From NCBI GenBank assembly GCA_963619035.1, contig CAVEUC010000004.1, positions 422 through 64,421 of the forward strand: 64,000 nucleotides of DNA, written 5' to 3'. This document shows, in pieces, positions 16,214 through 26,622 of this stretch (its first letter is position 1; each line of letters begins with the position of its first letter). The notes beneath the pieces were generated by a model that searched no databases, had not been told where the DNA came from, and saw nothing but the letters and a program-made list of their open reading frames with translations. The translations under genes and the position numbers were made by a program. This DNA comes from Lachnospiraceae bacterium GAM79. GTDB lineage: Bacteria; Bacillota_I; Bacilli_A; RFN20; CAG-826.

Positions 16214-18158
16214 ATTTAAAAAAATACAATTAATATTAGGATTAATTATCACTATTGCTGTTTTAGTATTACATTTAACTATTGGACATTACGAATTATT
16301 TAAGATCGACGAATCATTAAATAGTATTTATAACATCAATACAGTAGATTTCTTAATTTTATTTCCTATTTCTTTTATTACATATATTTTTGTAGGATAC
16401 GAAATTTATATCGAGGCATTTGAGGGTTTTAAAGAAAAAGAAATATTTAGTGAAAACACATTAACTATTATCGCTACAATTGCAGCTTTCTGCATCTTTG
16501 AATTCGTTGAAGCTTTAGCTATAGTTTTATTCTTCCAAATCGGTGAAGCTTTTGAAGATTACGCAAAAGATAAATCTAAAAAAAGCATTGAAACAATATT
16601 AGAATTAAAACCAGACTACGCAAACTTATTCGTAGATAATCAAGAAATAAGAGTAACTCCTGAAGAAGTTAAAATCGATGATATTTTAATCATTAAACCA
16701 GGAGAAAGAATTCCTCTTGATGGTGTTATCTATAAAGGAAATACTAGTTTAGATACTTCAAGTATCACTGGAGAATCTCAACCAATCGATGTAAAAGAAG
16801 GTGATTCAATTCTTTCAGGAACAATAAACATTTCATCTGTATTTTATTTAAAAGTAACTAAAATATATGGTGAATCTACAATTAATAGAATTTTACAATT
16901 AGTTACAGAATCAAATGAGAAAAAATCTAAAAAAGAAAAATTCATCACTAAATTTAGTAAAATATACACTCCTATTGTCATCTCTTTAGCATTTATTTGC
17001 GCTGCTATCGTTCCTTTAATTATAGGAATAGTTAATAATTCACTTGGTGAAGTTACTTTATGGCAAAATTGGATTACTACAGGATGTTCTTTCTTAGTTA
17101 TATCTTGTCCATGCAGTTTAGTTTTAAGTGTACCTCTTGCTTATTTTGTTTCTTTAGGTGTAGCTAGTAAAAATAAAGCATTAATAAAAGGAAGTACATA
17201 TTTAGAATATTTAAACGAAGTTGATACAGTATTTTTAGATAAAACTGGAACAATTACAAAAGGTAATTTCGAAGTTAATAATTTCTATTTAAATAATAAT
17301 CATACAAAAGAAGATTTATTTAAATTAGCAAGTTATGGTGAACATTATTCAAATCACCCTATTGCTATTGCTATAAAAAATAATTATAAAAATGATATAA
17401 ACGAAACCGATATTTCAAATTATGAAAATATATTAGGAAAAGGTATTAAAACAGATTATTTAGGAAAAACTTTATTAGTTGGAAATAAATCATTACTTGA
17501 AACTAATAATATTAATTTTGAAGAAAATAAAGATATCGGGACAATAATTTATGTTTCTTATGATAATGAATATATCGGATCATTAACAATACTTGATACT
17601 ATAAAAGAAGATAGTCAAGAAGCTATAAAAGATTTAAAACAATTAGGTATTAAAAATATCGTTATGCTTACAGGTGATAATAAAGATATTGCTGAATATA
17701 TTTCGAATAAAGTAGGAATTAGTTATTATTCTAATTTATTACCACAAGATAAAACAGCTGTAATTGAAAAATATAAAAATAACGGTAGTAAAACTATGTT
17801 TATTGGAGATGGTATTAACGATGCTCCTAGCATTACTTTAAGCGATATCGGTGTTTCAATGGGTGGAATTGGAAGCGATGCTGCTGTAGAAGCTAGTGAT
17901 ATTGTTATTATGGATGATAAATTATCTACAGTTAAAAAAATAAAAAAACTTGCGAAGATGACCTCACAAGTTTCGTTAGTTAATATTATATTCTCATTAG
18001 TAATTAAATTTGGAATGATGATATTTGCTATTTTAAATACATCATTATCATTAAATTTAAATTCACTAGTTGTATGGTTAGCAATATTTGCTGATGTTGG
18101 TGTTACAATTATTTGTGTGCTCAATTCTATGAGTTTAATGAGAAGAAAAATTAAATAA
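16206..18158 (+). CDS. Zn/Cd/Co-type P1B-2 heavy-metal ATPase (no N-terminal HMA domain)
   Basis: TGES, SCPCSLVLSVP, DKTGTITKG, HP, TGDN, GDGINDAPS and a TM6 FADVGVT aspartate typical of ZntA/CadA. It overlaps the regulator gene by 8 nt. Confidence 0.9.
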   Translation: MSKFKKIQLILGLIITIAVLVLHLTIGHYELFKIDESLNSIYNINTVDFLILFPISFITYIFVGYEIYIEAFEGFKEKEIFSENTLTIIATIAAFCIFEFVEALAIVLFFQIGEAFEDYAKDKSKKSIETILELKPDYANLFVDNQEIRVTPEEVKIDDILIIKPGERIPLDGVIYKGNTSLDTSSITGESQPIDVKEGDSILSGTINISSVFYLKVTKIYGESTINRILQLVTESNEKKSKKEKFITKFSKIYTPIVISLAFICAAIVPLIIGIVNNSLGEVTLWQNWITTGCSFLVISCPCSLVLSVPLAYFVSLGVASKNKALIKGSTYLEYLNEVDTVFLDKTGTITKGNFEVNNFYLNNNHTKEDLFKLASYGEHYSNHPIAIAIKNNYKNDINETDISNYENILGKGIKTDYLGKTLLVGNKSLLETNNINFEENKDIGTIIYVSYDNEYIGSLTILDTIKEDSQEAIKDLKQLGIKNIVMLTGDNKDIAEYISNKVGISYYSNLLPQDKTAVIEKYKNNGSKTMFIGDGINDAPSITLSDIGVSMGGIGSDAAVEASDIVIMDDKLSTVKKIKKLAKMTSQVSLVNIIFSLVIKFGMMIFAILNTSLSLNLNSLVVWLAIFADVGVTIICVLNSMSLMRRKIK

Positions 18159-18242
18159 AATAAAAAATAAAGAAGAATATTGTATAGAACAATAAAAGGC
18201 TTAATATAGAAGCTAAAACAATAATATACCACTTCAATTCTT

Positions 18243-19370
18243 TCATAATGTCGCCTCGGCTATTCCGTAATTTATGACACTTTCATTAAATTTAGGAATA
18301 GCTTTTTCTTCGTAATTAAATACGATATGGTTATATCCAATTGTAGCAGCATTTGCTAAGTTGGAATAAACTAAATAATCTTCTATTGCAAAAATATCTA
18401 AAACTCTTAAATCTTTAGATAAAGTAACTTTACATCCAATACTATTATAAGTTGGAGCCTTTTTCATTTTAGCTAAGTCGCTTTGATCTCTTGTTGAAGT
18501 ATACATGTAATTAACTAAACCAGCTGTAGCAACTGAATTTAGTTTTAAACTTGCAACATAATTTCCATCAACTAATTTAATAGAATTATCAAAAACAACT
18601 TCATTTCCTTTTGAATCAGTCATAGTTAAAGTACTATTATGATCAACACCTTCTTTAGTAATGTTGTATCCAAAAGGAAATTCAGGAACGGAACTTAAAA
18701 CTTTAATATAATTTTCTGGATTAGACATCGAACTAACTTTTTTACCATATGTCGATTTACATGTTTTATTTGTTTCATCAAAAACTACATTAGTTTTATC
18801 TCTATAATAATCATATTTTTGAGAATTATAAATTTGTGGTTTTAAAATAGTATCTTTTGTAGAATCATAATTAAAAGTTCTTTCTCCGTAAGCAACTAAA
18901 CCAGTGCTTGATTTACATATATTCTCTCTAGTCATATATCCATCATTTTTATAATATTGAGAAACGACATCTTGAGTATTTTTAACTCCAACCGCAGTAC
19001 TAACAGCTCTATTAAAACCGACATAACTACAGTGTTCTTCTATATAAGCAAAACTATAAAATGAATATCCAACAATATCACCGACATCAATCTTTGATAA
19101 AACGTTTGAATCAGTAAAATCAATTGTTGATATATCGCTAGTGGTTTTATTTTCGCCAGCTAAAAAAGTGTTCATATTATTAAATGACGTTTCATCTTTT
19201 TCAAAACTTCCGTTAATATTTTCAGCTAAATGAAAATAACTACCGACAAACCATCCAGATACCATACCAAGTGCAGAACATACAGTTACTGATACAGATA
19301 AAGCAATTATTTTACCTTTAGTTATTTTCTTCTCTTTCTTTTTTTCTTCTATCTTTATATCGTTTTCCAT
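18243..19370 (-). CDS. Membrane-anchored hypothetical protein (large extracytoplasmic domain)
   Basis: Lys-rich N-terminus, one TM segment, then about 330 aa with no motif I recognise. Confidence 0.55.
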   Translation of the reverse strand: MENDIKIEEKKKEKKITKGKIIALSVSVTVCSALGMVSGWFVGSYFHLAENINGSFEKDETSFNNMNTFLAGENKTTSDISTIDFTDSNVLSKIDVGDIVGYSFYSFAYIEEHCSYVGFNRAVSTAVGVKNTQDVVSQYYKNDGYMTRENICKSSTGLVAYGERTFNYDSTKDTILKPQIYNSQKYDYYRDKTNVVFDETNKTCKSTYGKKVSSMSNPENYIKVLSSVPEFPFGYNITKEGVDHNSTLTMTDSKGNEVVFDNSIKLVDGNYVASLKLNSVATAGLVNYMYTSTRDQSDLAKMKKAPTYNSIGCKVTLSKDLRVLDIFAIEDYLVYSNLANAATIGYNHIVFNYEEKAIPKFNESVINYGIAEATL

Positions 19371-19378
19371 ACGAAAAT

Positions 19379-19387
19379 TTTATAGCA
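19379..19387 (-). promoter_or_regulatory. Extended -10 box 8 nt upstream of the 375-aa gene (leaderless-type)
   Basis: Minus strand TGcTATAAA, then 8 nt, then ATG at 19370. TTGACA lies at 19405-19400. No Shine-Dalgarno sequence. Confidence 0.45.
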
Positions 19388-19455
19388 AATAAAAATAAAT
19401 GTCAAATTCACTATTTTTTTATAAAACGATTAATTCTAGTATTAAAAACTAGATA

Positions 19456-19701
19456 CTAAAATATACCGTTTAAACCCACTCCTTTAAATAATTCTTCTAA
19501 TGTAATTTCTAATCCATTAGCTATTTTACTTAAAATGATTAATGTAGGATTTCTTCTACCTTTTTCAACATCACATAAATAATTCTTATTAATATTACTA
19601 CGAAAAGCCAACTCTTCTTGAGTAAACTTTTTTTGTTTTCTTAAATATTCTATGCGTTTTCCCATCTCAACATTGATATTTAATCTATCAATTTTTTCCA
19701 T
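19456..19701 (-). CDS. XRE-family helix-turn-helix transcriptional regulator
   Basis: 81 aa. FTQEELAFRSNINKNYLCDVEKGRRNPTL is a classic Cro/C1 HTH. It overlaps the whiA 3-prime end by 14 nt. Confidence 0.8.
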   Translation of the reverse strand: MEKIDRLNINVEMGKRIEYLRKQKKFTQEELAFRSNINKNYLCDVEKGRRNPTLIILSKIANGLEITLEELFKGVGLNGIF

Positions 19702-20647
19702 AATCTTCCCCTATTTTTTTAAGTTTGATAAAAAGATGATTAACATTAGATTTAGATACTGTTTTACCTAATTTTTCACTCATCATATTAGCTAAATCGC
19801 TATATGTAGCTTCAACTTCTTTAACTCTTAATTCACATAATAATCTTAACTTTTCGTTATCAATATTATGTATACCTATCTTTTTATCAATAAAATTAAT
19901 AAGTTCAATTTGTTCATTAGCTTTATCAACAGATTTTTTATAATTATATGTATCCATATTAATTAAACGATTACTATTATTGTTAAAATCTCTATCGACT
20001 CTTACATCTTCAAATTTTAAACAACAATTATTAGCACCAATATAAGCTAAAATGTTTACAATTTGATCGCTCTTTTTTAAATATAATATAGTTTTATTTC
20101 TTCTTGTTATAACTTTAAAACTCAATGTTATTTCTTTAATCTTTAATGTAAGTTTTAAAACAGCTTTAGCAAATGCGTCATCATTTAAATAATATTCAAA
20201 ATGATAATTCGATGTATAAGGCGAATTGCAAGATCCGCAAGATAAAAATAACCCCATTAAATACCCCTTTATTTTATCTTCTTTATTAGTTAAAGAAAGA
20301 GGTATTTTACTTTCAAATAAATCAAAATCTAAATCAGTTAATATAGTATCCATACCATCTAAAATATTAATTAAATACTCAGTAGATTTATAAAACTTCA
20401 TGCTTTTTCTATACGAAAATGTTATTAATACATCTTTGTACATTTTTTTAATAATACTATAAATAAATTTTGCAACTCTTGCATTTTCGGTTTTAAGAAT
20501 TAAACAAGAATTACCGTCTTTAAATTTAATAAATCCAGAAGATCTTATAAAAGCAGCTAAAAGAGATCTTTCTACATCAAGAGAAAGATCATTTAAAGAT
20601 GTAATTTCATCTTTTATTTGAGCTGTAAAAGATATTTCTTCACTCAT
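19688..20647 (-). CDS. whiA: DNA-binding protein WhiA
   Basis: 319 aa with degenerate LAGLIDADG-like blocks (AFIRSSGFI, GLFLSCGSCNSP) and a C-terminal HTH. It sits downstream of trxB, as in Mollicutes. Confidence 0.88.
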   Translation of the reverse strand: MSEEISFTAQIKDEITSLNDLSLDVERSLLAAFIRSSGFIKFKDGNSCLILKTENARVAKFIYSIIKKMYKDVLITFSYRKSMKFYKSTEYLINILDGMDTILTDLDFDLFESKIPLSLTNKEDKIKGYLMGLFLSCGSCNSPYTSNYHFEYYLNDDAFAKAVLKLTLKIKEITLSFKVITRRNKTILYLKKSDQIVNILAYIGANNCCLKFEDVRVDRDFNNNSNRLINMDTYNYKKSVDKANEQIELINFIDKKIGIHNIDNEKLRLLCELRVKEVEATYSDLANMMSEKLGKTVSKSNVNHLFIKLKKIGEDYGKN

Positions 20648-20649
20648 AA

Positions 20650-21570
20650 TTACTTCTTAGAATTCAATTCCTTTATAATGCTTGTCGCTGCAATAGCCCC
20701 ATCACTACAAGCTGTTACAATTTGTCTTAATGGTTTATCAATAATATCTCCACAAGCATAAACTCCTTTAAAACTTGTTTCCATATTTTTATCTACAATA
20801 ATATATCCATTTTTATTCATATCTAAATTCAAATTATTTAAAAAATATGATGCAGGAATTTCACCAACAAATGGAAAACATGCTGAAATCTCAATTCTTT
20901 TTTGTTCTTTACTATCTAAAGATACAATATCTATACTTTTTAAAACTTCATCTCCATTAAAAGAAATAATTTTATATGGAGATAAAAATTCTACATTTTT
21001 TAAAGATTTTAAAGTTGCTAAATTATTTTCATCATCATCTTTATCTTTATCACTAATTAAATAAACTTTATTCACTAAATTAGCTAAATATAAAGCTTCT
21101 AAATATCCATTTCTAGAATTAGCAAAAACCGCTACATCCTTTTTCTTAAATAAAAAACCATCACAAACTGCACAAAAAGAAATACCTTTTCCTACATATT
21201 TTTCTTCATTTTGAATATTTAATTTTTTATTTAAACTACCTGTAGCAATAATAATTTTTTTAAAATAATATGTGTTTTCAATAGTTGTTACTTTAAACAT
21301 TTCTTTTTCAAAAACTATATTATTTACTTCTTCTTTTTTGATTTTTATCCCTTTAGCATCAAGTTGTTTTTTAATGTTCATGCCTAAAGAAAATCCATCA
21401 GTAGAAACGATACCAGGATAATTTTCTATAGAAGTTGTGATGTTTAATTTTCCACCACTCATCTCTTTTTCAAATATTTCAAAACTATATTTACTTCTAG
21501 ACAAATATAAAGCGGCACTCATCCCTGCAGGACCAGCTCCAATAATTCCAACATCTTTAATTACTTCCAT
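20650..21570 (-). CDS. trxB: Thioredoxin-disulfide reductase
   Basis: GIIGAGPAGMSAA FAD motif, redox-active CAVCDG and the C-terminal GDI block. I chose the start at MEVIKD, which is preceded by AAGGAG. Confidence 0.9.
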   Translation of the reverse strand: MEVIKDVGIIGAGPAGMSAALYLSRSKYSFEIFEKEMSGGKLNITTSIENYPGIVSTDGFSLGMNIKKQLDAKGIKIKKEEVNNIVFEKEMFKVTTIENTYYFKKIIIATGSLNKKLNIQNEEKYVGKGISFCAVCDGFLFKKKDVAVFANSRNGYLEALYLANLVNKVYLISDKDKDDDENNLATLKSLKNVEFLSPYKIISFNGDEVLKSIDIVSLDSKEQKRIEISACFPFVGEIPASYFLNNLNLDMNKNGYIIVDKNMETSFKGVYACGDIIDKPLRQIVTACSDGAIAATSIIKELNSKK

Positions 21571-22210
21571 TTTTAATCTCCTTATATAAATCTTCATAAT
21601 TATTTATATAACAGATTGGATTAACTTTCACTTTATATGCTCTTTTACACATTGTCATTAATATACAATCAACATTACAACCACTTGCAGTTAAATAATC
21701 AATATCGTTATCACCAACATATAAAACTTCATCGCTATTCAATTTAAAATAATCTTTAATAGTAATTAACCCTTCAGAATCAGGTTTTTGTTTAACAACA
21801 TCTTCAGCAGCAACAACAAGAGAAAATAAATCGTAAACACCATATTTTTTTAGGCAATACAAAGTTTTTTCTCTTTTTTTAGTTGTAAGAATTGCTAGTT
21901 TATATCCATCATTTTTTAAAGCAGTTAAAACTTCTTTTGCTCCATCAAATAACTTACAATACATTTCATAATATTTACTAGTTCTTAATCCATATTGAGT
22001 TTTAATAAAATCATGATCATATTCAGGAAACATAAAATCAATTGAAGAATCTAGTGAAGGTCCACTAAATCTTCTAAAATATTCTCTATCATATTGATGA
22101 TCTTTATCTTTATATGCTTTTACTAACTCTTCCCATGTTGAAATAACAACTTCATCTGAATCGATTAAAGTTCCATCCATATCAAAAACTATTGCTTTAT
22201 ATTTACTCAT
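21557..22210 (-). CDS. HAD-superfamily phosphatase (PpaX/phosphoglycolate phosphatase-like)
   Basis: Motif I FDMDGTLIDS, motif II LAILTTK and motif IV VGDNDID. Confidence 0.85.
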   Translation of the reverse strand: MSKYKAIVFDMDGTLIDSDEVVISTWEELVKAYKDKDHQYDREYFRRFSGPSLDSSIDFMFPEYDHDFIKTQYGLRTSKYYEMYCKLFDGAKEVLTALKNDGYKLAILTTKKREKTLYCLKKYGVYDLFSLVVAAEDVVKQKPDSEGLITIKDYFKLNSDEVLYVGDNDIDYLTASGCNVDCILMTMCKRAYKVKVNPICYINNYEDLYKEIKNGSN

Positions 22211-23667
22211 TATTCTATTTCACTTTCTTCTTTTAATTGTTCATTATATTTTTGCCATTGATATTTAATAATACCTTTTTCATTAAGTATTTTTAAAACA
22301 ATACAACAAACTACAATAAACATTCCTATACCAATCATAAAATATGCGCTAACATTAGAAAATTTATCATTCTCACCCATATTATAGTTATGATTTCTTA
22401 AAGGCTCTAAAACTGCTCTTGTAGCACCATACCATGCAATATACCGCCCAACACAACTTCCTCCTGGATGATAATCGTGATTTAACTTATATTTAAGTCC
22501 AAATAAATTCATAAGACCATATTCAATAAAGAAATAGCCACATAAATTAACTACTCCTTCAATAAAGAATAATGGTAAATATATTTCACTACTATCAAGT
22601 GTTTTACATGTACTTGAATAATGCATATTATTTTTTATAAATGAAGGTAACCATCCAAAATACGATACATTAAAAGCTTCACCATGAACTTCATTATTGA
22701 AGAAATTACCGAATCTACCAATAGCTTGAGCAACTAAAATAGTAGGGACGATAATATCGACAAGTAATAAATAATCAATTGGTTTATATCTACTATTTAC
22801 AATTTTATAAACAATCATAACAGTAATTCCAGCAATTATTCCAAAAACAGCTCCACCCATAATTGCTAAACCACCTTCCCAAATTCTAAATATTTTACTA
22901 GGATCTAAATTAAAACCATCTCTGGTCCAGTTACCAATTACATACCATGCCCTAGCTCCTAAAATTCCACAAGGAAAAGCTATGAAAAAACAAGTAGTAA
23001 TTAAACCGTGATGACCATATTCTTTATATAATTTATAATCACAAATATAGAATACTAAACAAGCCCCACTAATAATAAATATTGCGTATAAAGCAATTTG
23101 AAAGTGAAATGAATCACCTAAATTACTAAGATAAGCTTTGCCAGAAGTAGAATTTGTATTAATCATTACTACACCGTTTTTACAAAAAACAATAACATTA
23201 GCTAAAGGATAAATTAAATAAGGTGCTTGTCCTTCCATGAACATCAAAAAGAAACCAACACATGCAACTATACTAACATATTGAATAATTCTTAAAATCT
23301 TATCAAATTTTTTATTTTTTCTTGAAAGATACATTCTAAAAAATAAACAAGATAAAAATGTGATTAAAAATAATACAAACAAGATTTCACCAAAATAAAT
23401 CATAAAATAATTTAAACTAGTTACTGCTATTGAATTGTTTTCAAAATAAGAAAGAATATATGGATTTGTGTAATATCTTGTTGTAACTAAAACAAAACCT
23501 AATAAAAAAGATAATGCAGGAACTATTAAATATAGGCAATTCTTTTTAAGCAAATAAGGAGAAAAATCTTCTTTAAAATTATAGAATTTATTTTTAAAGT
23601 AATAGCCATATCCAATAACACCTGCAGCTATTAATATAAAACCTATAATACATAACGCTAAACTCAT
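22210..23667 (-). CDS. lgt: Prolipoprotein diacylglyceryl transferase with a ~190-aa N-terminal polytopic extension
   Basis: The C-terminal ~290 aa carry Lgt blocks (FRIWEGGLAIMGG, GRFGNFFNNEVHG, LPLFFIEG). The N-terminal part has about 5 extra TM segments. Confidence 0.85.
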   Translation of the reverse strand: MSLALCIIGFILIAAGVIGYGYYFKNKFYNFKEDFSPYLLKKNCLYLIVPALSFLLGFVLVTTRYYTNPYILSYFENNSIAVTSLNYFMIYFGEILFVLFLITFLSCLFFRMYLSRKNKKFDKILRIIQYVSIVACVGFFLMFMEGQAPYLIYPLANVIVFCKNGVVMINTNSTSGKAYLSNLGDSFHFQIALYAIFIISGACLVFYICDYKLYKEYGHHGLITTCFFIAFPCGILGARAWYVIGNWTRDGFNLDPSKIFRIWEGGLAIMGGAVFGIIAGITVMIVYKIVNSRYKPIDYLLLVDIIVPTILVAQAIGRFGNFFNNEVHGEAFNVSYFGWLPSFIKNNMHYSSTCKTLDSSEIYLPLFFIEGVVNLCGYFFIEYGLMNLFGLKYKLNHDYHPGGSCVGRYIAWYGATRAVLEPLRNHNYNMGENDKFSNVSAYFMIGIGMFIVVCCIVLKILNEKGIIKYQWQKYNEQLKEESEIE

Positions 23668-26522
23668 TTTAATTTCTCCTTTCTATTTAAATCGATATCT
23701 AATACTTTCTTTAAATATACACCTGTATAACTCGATGGATTTTTGCTTACTTCTTCCGGTGTACCTTTAGCGACTATCGTTCCACCTCCATCTCCTCCAT
23801 CAGGTCCTAAATCGACAATATAATCAGCAACTTTAATAACTTCTAAATTATGTTCAATAATTAGAACTGTATCTCCATTATTAACTATTTGTTCAATAAC
23901 TTTCAATAACCTTGCAACATCATCAACATGAAGCCCAGTTGTAGGTTCATCTAAAATATATAGTGTTTTCCCAGTTGGTTTTCTTTGAAGATAATAAGCG
24001 AGTTTAACTCTTTGAGCTTCACCTCCACTTAATGTTGTAGCAGGTTGACCTACTTTCATATAACCTAAACCAACATCACATAAAGTTTTAAGTTTTCTTG
24101 CTAAACTTGGAGTTGCTTTAAAAAATTCATACGCATCTTCAATAGTCATCTCTAAAACATCGAATATATTTTTACCTTTATATGTGCACATTAACGTTTC
24201 TTCATTATATCTTTTACCATCACATTCATCGCATTTAACATAAACGTCTGGTAAAAAATTCATCGGAATACGAGTTACACCAGCACCATAACAATGTTCA
24301 CATCTTCCTCCTGGATTATTAAAAGAAAATCTTCCTTTATCATATCCATGAGCTCTAGCTTCTACAGTATTAGCAAATATATCTCTAATATCATCAAAAG
24401 CTTTAACATATGTCGCAGGGTTACTTCTAGGTGTTCTTCCAATAGGTTCTTGGGAAATATTAATAACTTTATCTATATTCTTAGAACCGATTAATTTTGT
24501 GTAAGGTCCTGGATTAGTCTCAACCCCTTCGATTTCTTTATATAAAGCTTTATATAACGTTTCATTAACTAAACTTGATTTACCACTTCCACTAACACCA
24601 GTAACACAAACTAAACAACCTAAAGGTATTTTAAAATCTACATTTTTTAAATTATTTAATTTACAACCTGTAATTTCTAAATAATTCCCATTTCCTTTAT
24701 TTCTATAAGGAGGAACTGGAATATATTTTTTATAACTTAAATATTGACCTGTTATACTTTCTGGAGCGTTTTCAACATCTTTTAATGTACCAGAAGCCAT
24801 GACTTTACCACCATGAATTCCAGCTCCAGGTCCAATATCTACAATATAATCAGCACTTCTAATCATATCTTCATCATGTTCAACAACGATTAATGTATTT
24901 CCTAAATCTCTCATTTCTTTAAGTGAATTGATCAATTTTTCAGAATCTTTTTGATGCAATCCAATACTAGGTTCATCTAAAACATATAAAACACCACTTA
25001 ATTTAGAGCCAATTTGAGTTGCAAGTCTAATTCTTTGACTTTCCCCTCCACTTAATGTCATAGATAAACGAGATAAGTTTAAATATTCAAGTCCAACATC
25101 AAGTAAAAATTTAACTCTATTTTTAAGTTCATTAATGACAAGTTGAGCGATTTGATTTTGATAATCTGTCAATTTAGAAGGTAATTCAATGATAAATTTA
25201 TAGAAGTCTTTTAAACTTAATAAACATAAATCATATATGTTTTTCCCATCTATTTTAACACTTAATACCTCTTTAGATAATCTTGATCCGTGACAACTTG
25301 GACATTCTTTATCCTTCAAAAATTTAGAGTAATATTCTCTATTAAATTCACTTGTTGTATCTTTATAAAGTCTTTCAATTTTAGTTTTTAATCCTTCGAT
25401 ATATCCGTTTTTCTTACTAACATTTCCGCTTACTGAAGTGATTGTATAACTAATAGGTACTTTAGAACCATTTAAAATAATATCTATATCGTCTTTTGAT
25501 AATTCTTTAAAAGGAACATCAGTTTTAATACGATAATAATCCAATAAAACCTTAAAATTTTGCCAATCTAAATTGGTTGTATTTACAGTGTTTTTATAAT
25601 ATAAAATAGCTCCTTCATCAATGGATAGTTCTTTATCTGGAACAAGTAAATCAATATCGACTTCCTGTTTAATTCCTAATCCATTACATTCTTTACAACA
25701 CCCTAAAGGAGAATTAAAAGAAAATAGTCTAGGTTCTAATTTAGGAACAGTAAAACCGCACTCATCACAAGCGCTATGTTCACTAAATAATCTCTCTTCA
25801 TTATTAATTAAAGCAAGAACAAAGCCATTGCTCCATTCACTAGCTAATTCGCAAGCTTCGTAAATTCTACTTCTCGAATCTTCTTTTAAAACGATTCTAT
25901 CAATAACTATTTCTATCGAATGTCTTGTATTTTTGTCTAATATAGTATCAAATTCATCAAGAGTGACAATATTTCCATCAACTCTAATTCTATTAAATCC
26001 ATTTTTTCTTATTTTTTCTATTACATCTTTTTGACTACCTTTTTCATTTCTAACTATAGGAGAAAGAATTTGTAGTCTAGTGTTTAATGGATAATCCAAT
26101 AAAATCGAAGTTATTTTTTGAATACTGAAAGAGATGATTGGTTTATTATGTGTTGGACAATAAGGTACACCAACTCTTGAATATAAAAGTCTTAAATAAT
26201 CGTAAATTTCAGTGACAGTTCCAACCGTACTTCTAGGATTATGAGATACACTTTTTTGATCGATAGAAATAGAAGGAGACAATCCTTCTATAGATTCAAC
26301 ATCTGGTTTTTCAAAACTTCCTAAAAATTGTCTTGCATAGCTTGATAAACTTTCAACGTATCTTCTTTGACCTTCCGCAAAAATTGTATCAAAAGCTAAT
26401 GTAGATTTTCCACTTCCACTAACACCAGTAAATACCACAAGTTTATCTTTTGGTATCGTAACATCAATATCTTTTAAGTTATTTTCTTTTGCTCCAATAA
26501 CTTTAATTTCATTAATCGCCAT
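23664..26522 (-). CDS. uvrA: Excinuclease ABC subunit A
   Basis: 952 aa, two ABC modules (GVSGSGKSTL/SS twice), zinc-finger cysteines and full-length UvrA colinearity. Confidence 0.97.
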   Translation of the reverse strand: MAINEIKVIGAKENNLKDIDVTIPKDKLVVFTGVSGSGKSTLAFDTIFAEGQRRYVESLSSYARQFLGSFEKPDVESIEGLSPSISIDQKSVSHNPRSTVGTVTEIYDYLRLLYSRVGVPYCPTHNKPIISFSIQKITSILLDYPLNTRLQILSPIVRNEKGSQKDVIEKIRKNGFNRIRVDGNIVTLDEFDTILDKNTRHSIEIVIDRIVLKEDSRSRIYEACELASEWSNGFVLALINNEERLFSEHSACDECGFTVPKLEPRLFSFNSPLGCCKECNGLGIKQEVDIDLLVPDKELSIDEGAILYYKNTVNTTNLDWQNFKVLLDYYRIKTDVPFKELSKDDIDIILNGSKVPISYTITSVSGNVSKKNGYIEGLKTKIERLYKDTTSEFNREYYSKFLKDKECPSCHGSRLSKEVLSVKIDGKNIYDLCLLSLKDFYKFIIELPSKLTDYQNQIAQLVINELKNRVKFLLDVGLEYLNLSRLSMTLSGGESQRIRLATQIGSKLSGVLYVLDEPSIGLHQKDSEKLINSLKEMRDLGNTLIVVEHDEDMIRSADYIVDIGPGAGIHGGKVMASGTLKDVENAPESITGQYLSYKKYIPVPPYRNKGNGNYLEITGCKLNNLKNVDFKIPLGCLVCVTGVSGSGKSSLVNETLYKALYKEIEGVETNPGPYTKLIGSKNIDKVINISQEPIGRTPRSNPATYVKAFDDIRDIFANTVEARAHGYDKGRFSFNNPGGRCEHCYGAGVTRIPMNFLPDVYVKCDECDGKRYNEETLMCTYKGKNIFDVLEMTIEDAYEFFKATPSLARKLKTLCDVGLGYMKVGQPATTLSGGEAQRVKLAYYLQRKPTGKTLYILDEPTTGLHVDDVARLLKVIEQIVNNGDTVLIIEHNLEVIKVADYIVDLGPDGGDGGGTIVAKGTPEEVSKNPSSYTGVYLKKVLDIDLNRKEKLK

Positions 26523-26529
26523 AAATATT

Positions 26530-26535
26530 ATTATA
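26530..26535 (-). promoter_or_regulatory. -10 box 7 nt upstream of the uvrA start (leaderless-type)
   Basis: Minus strand TATAAT, then 7 nt, then ATG at 26522. Confidence 0.4.
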
Positions 26536-26622
26536 TAAAAACATATAGTTTTTATAAAGTAAATTAAATCTATTAATTAACAATATCACAAAATAAAATT
26601 CATTATTTTTTTCTATTTTAAT

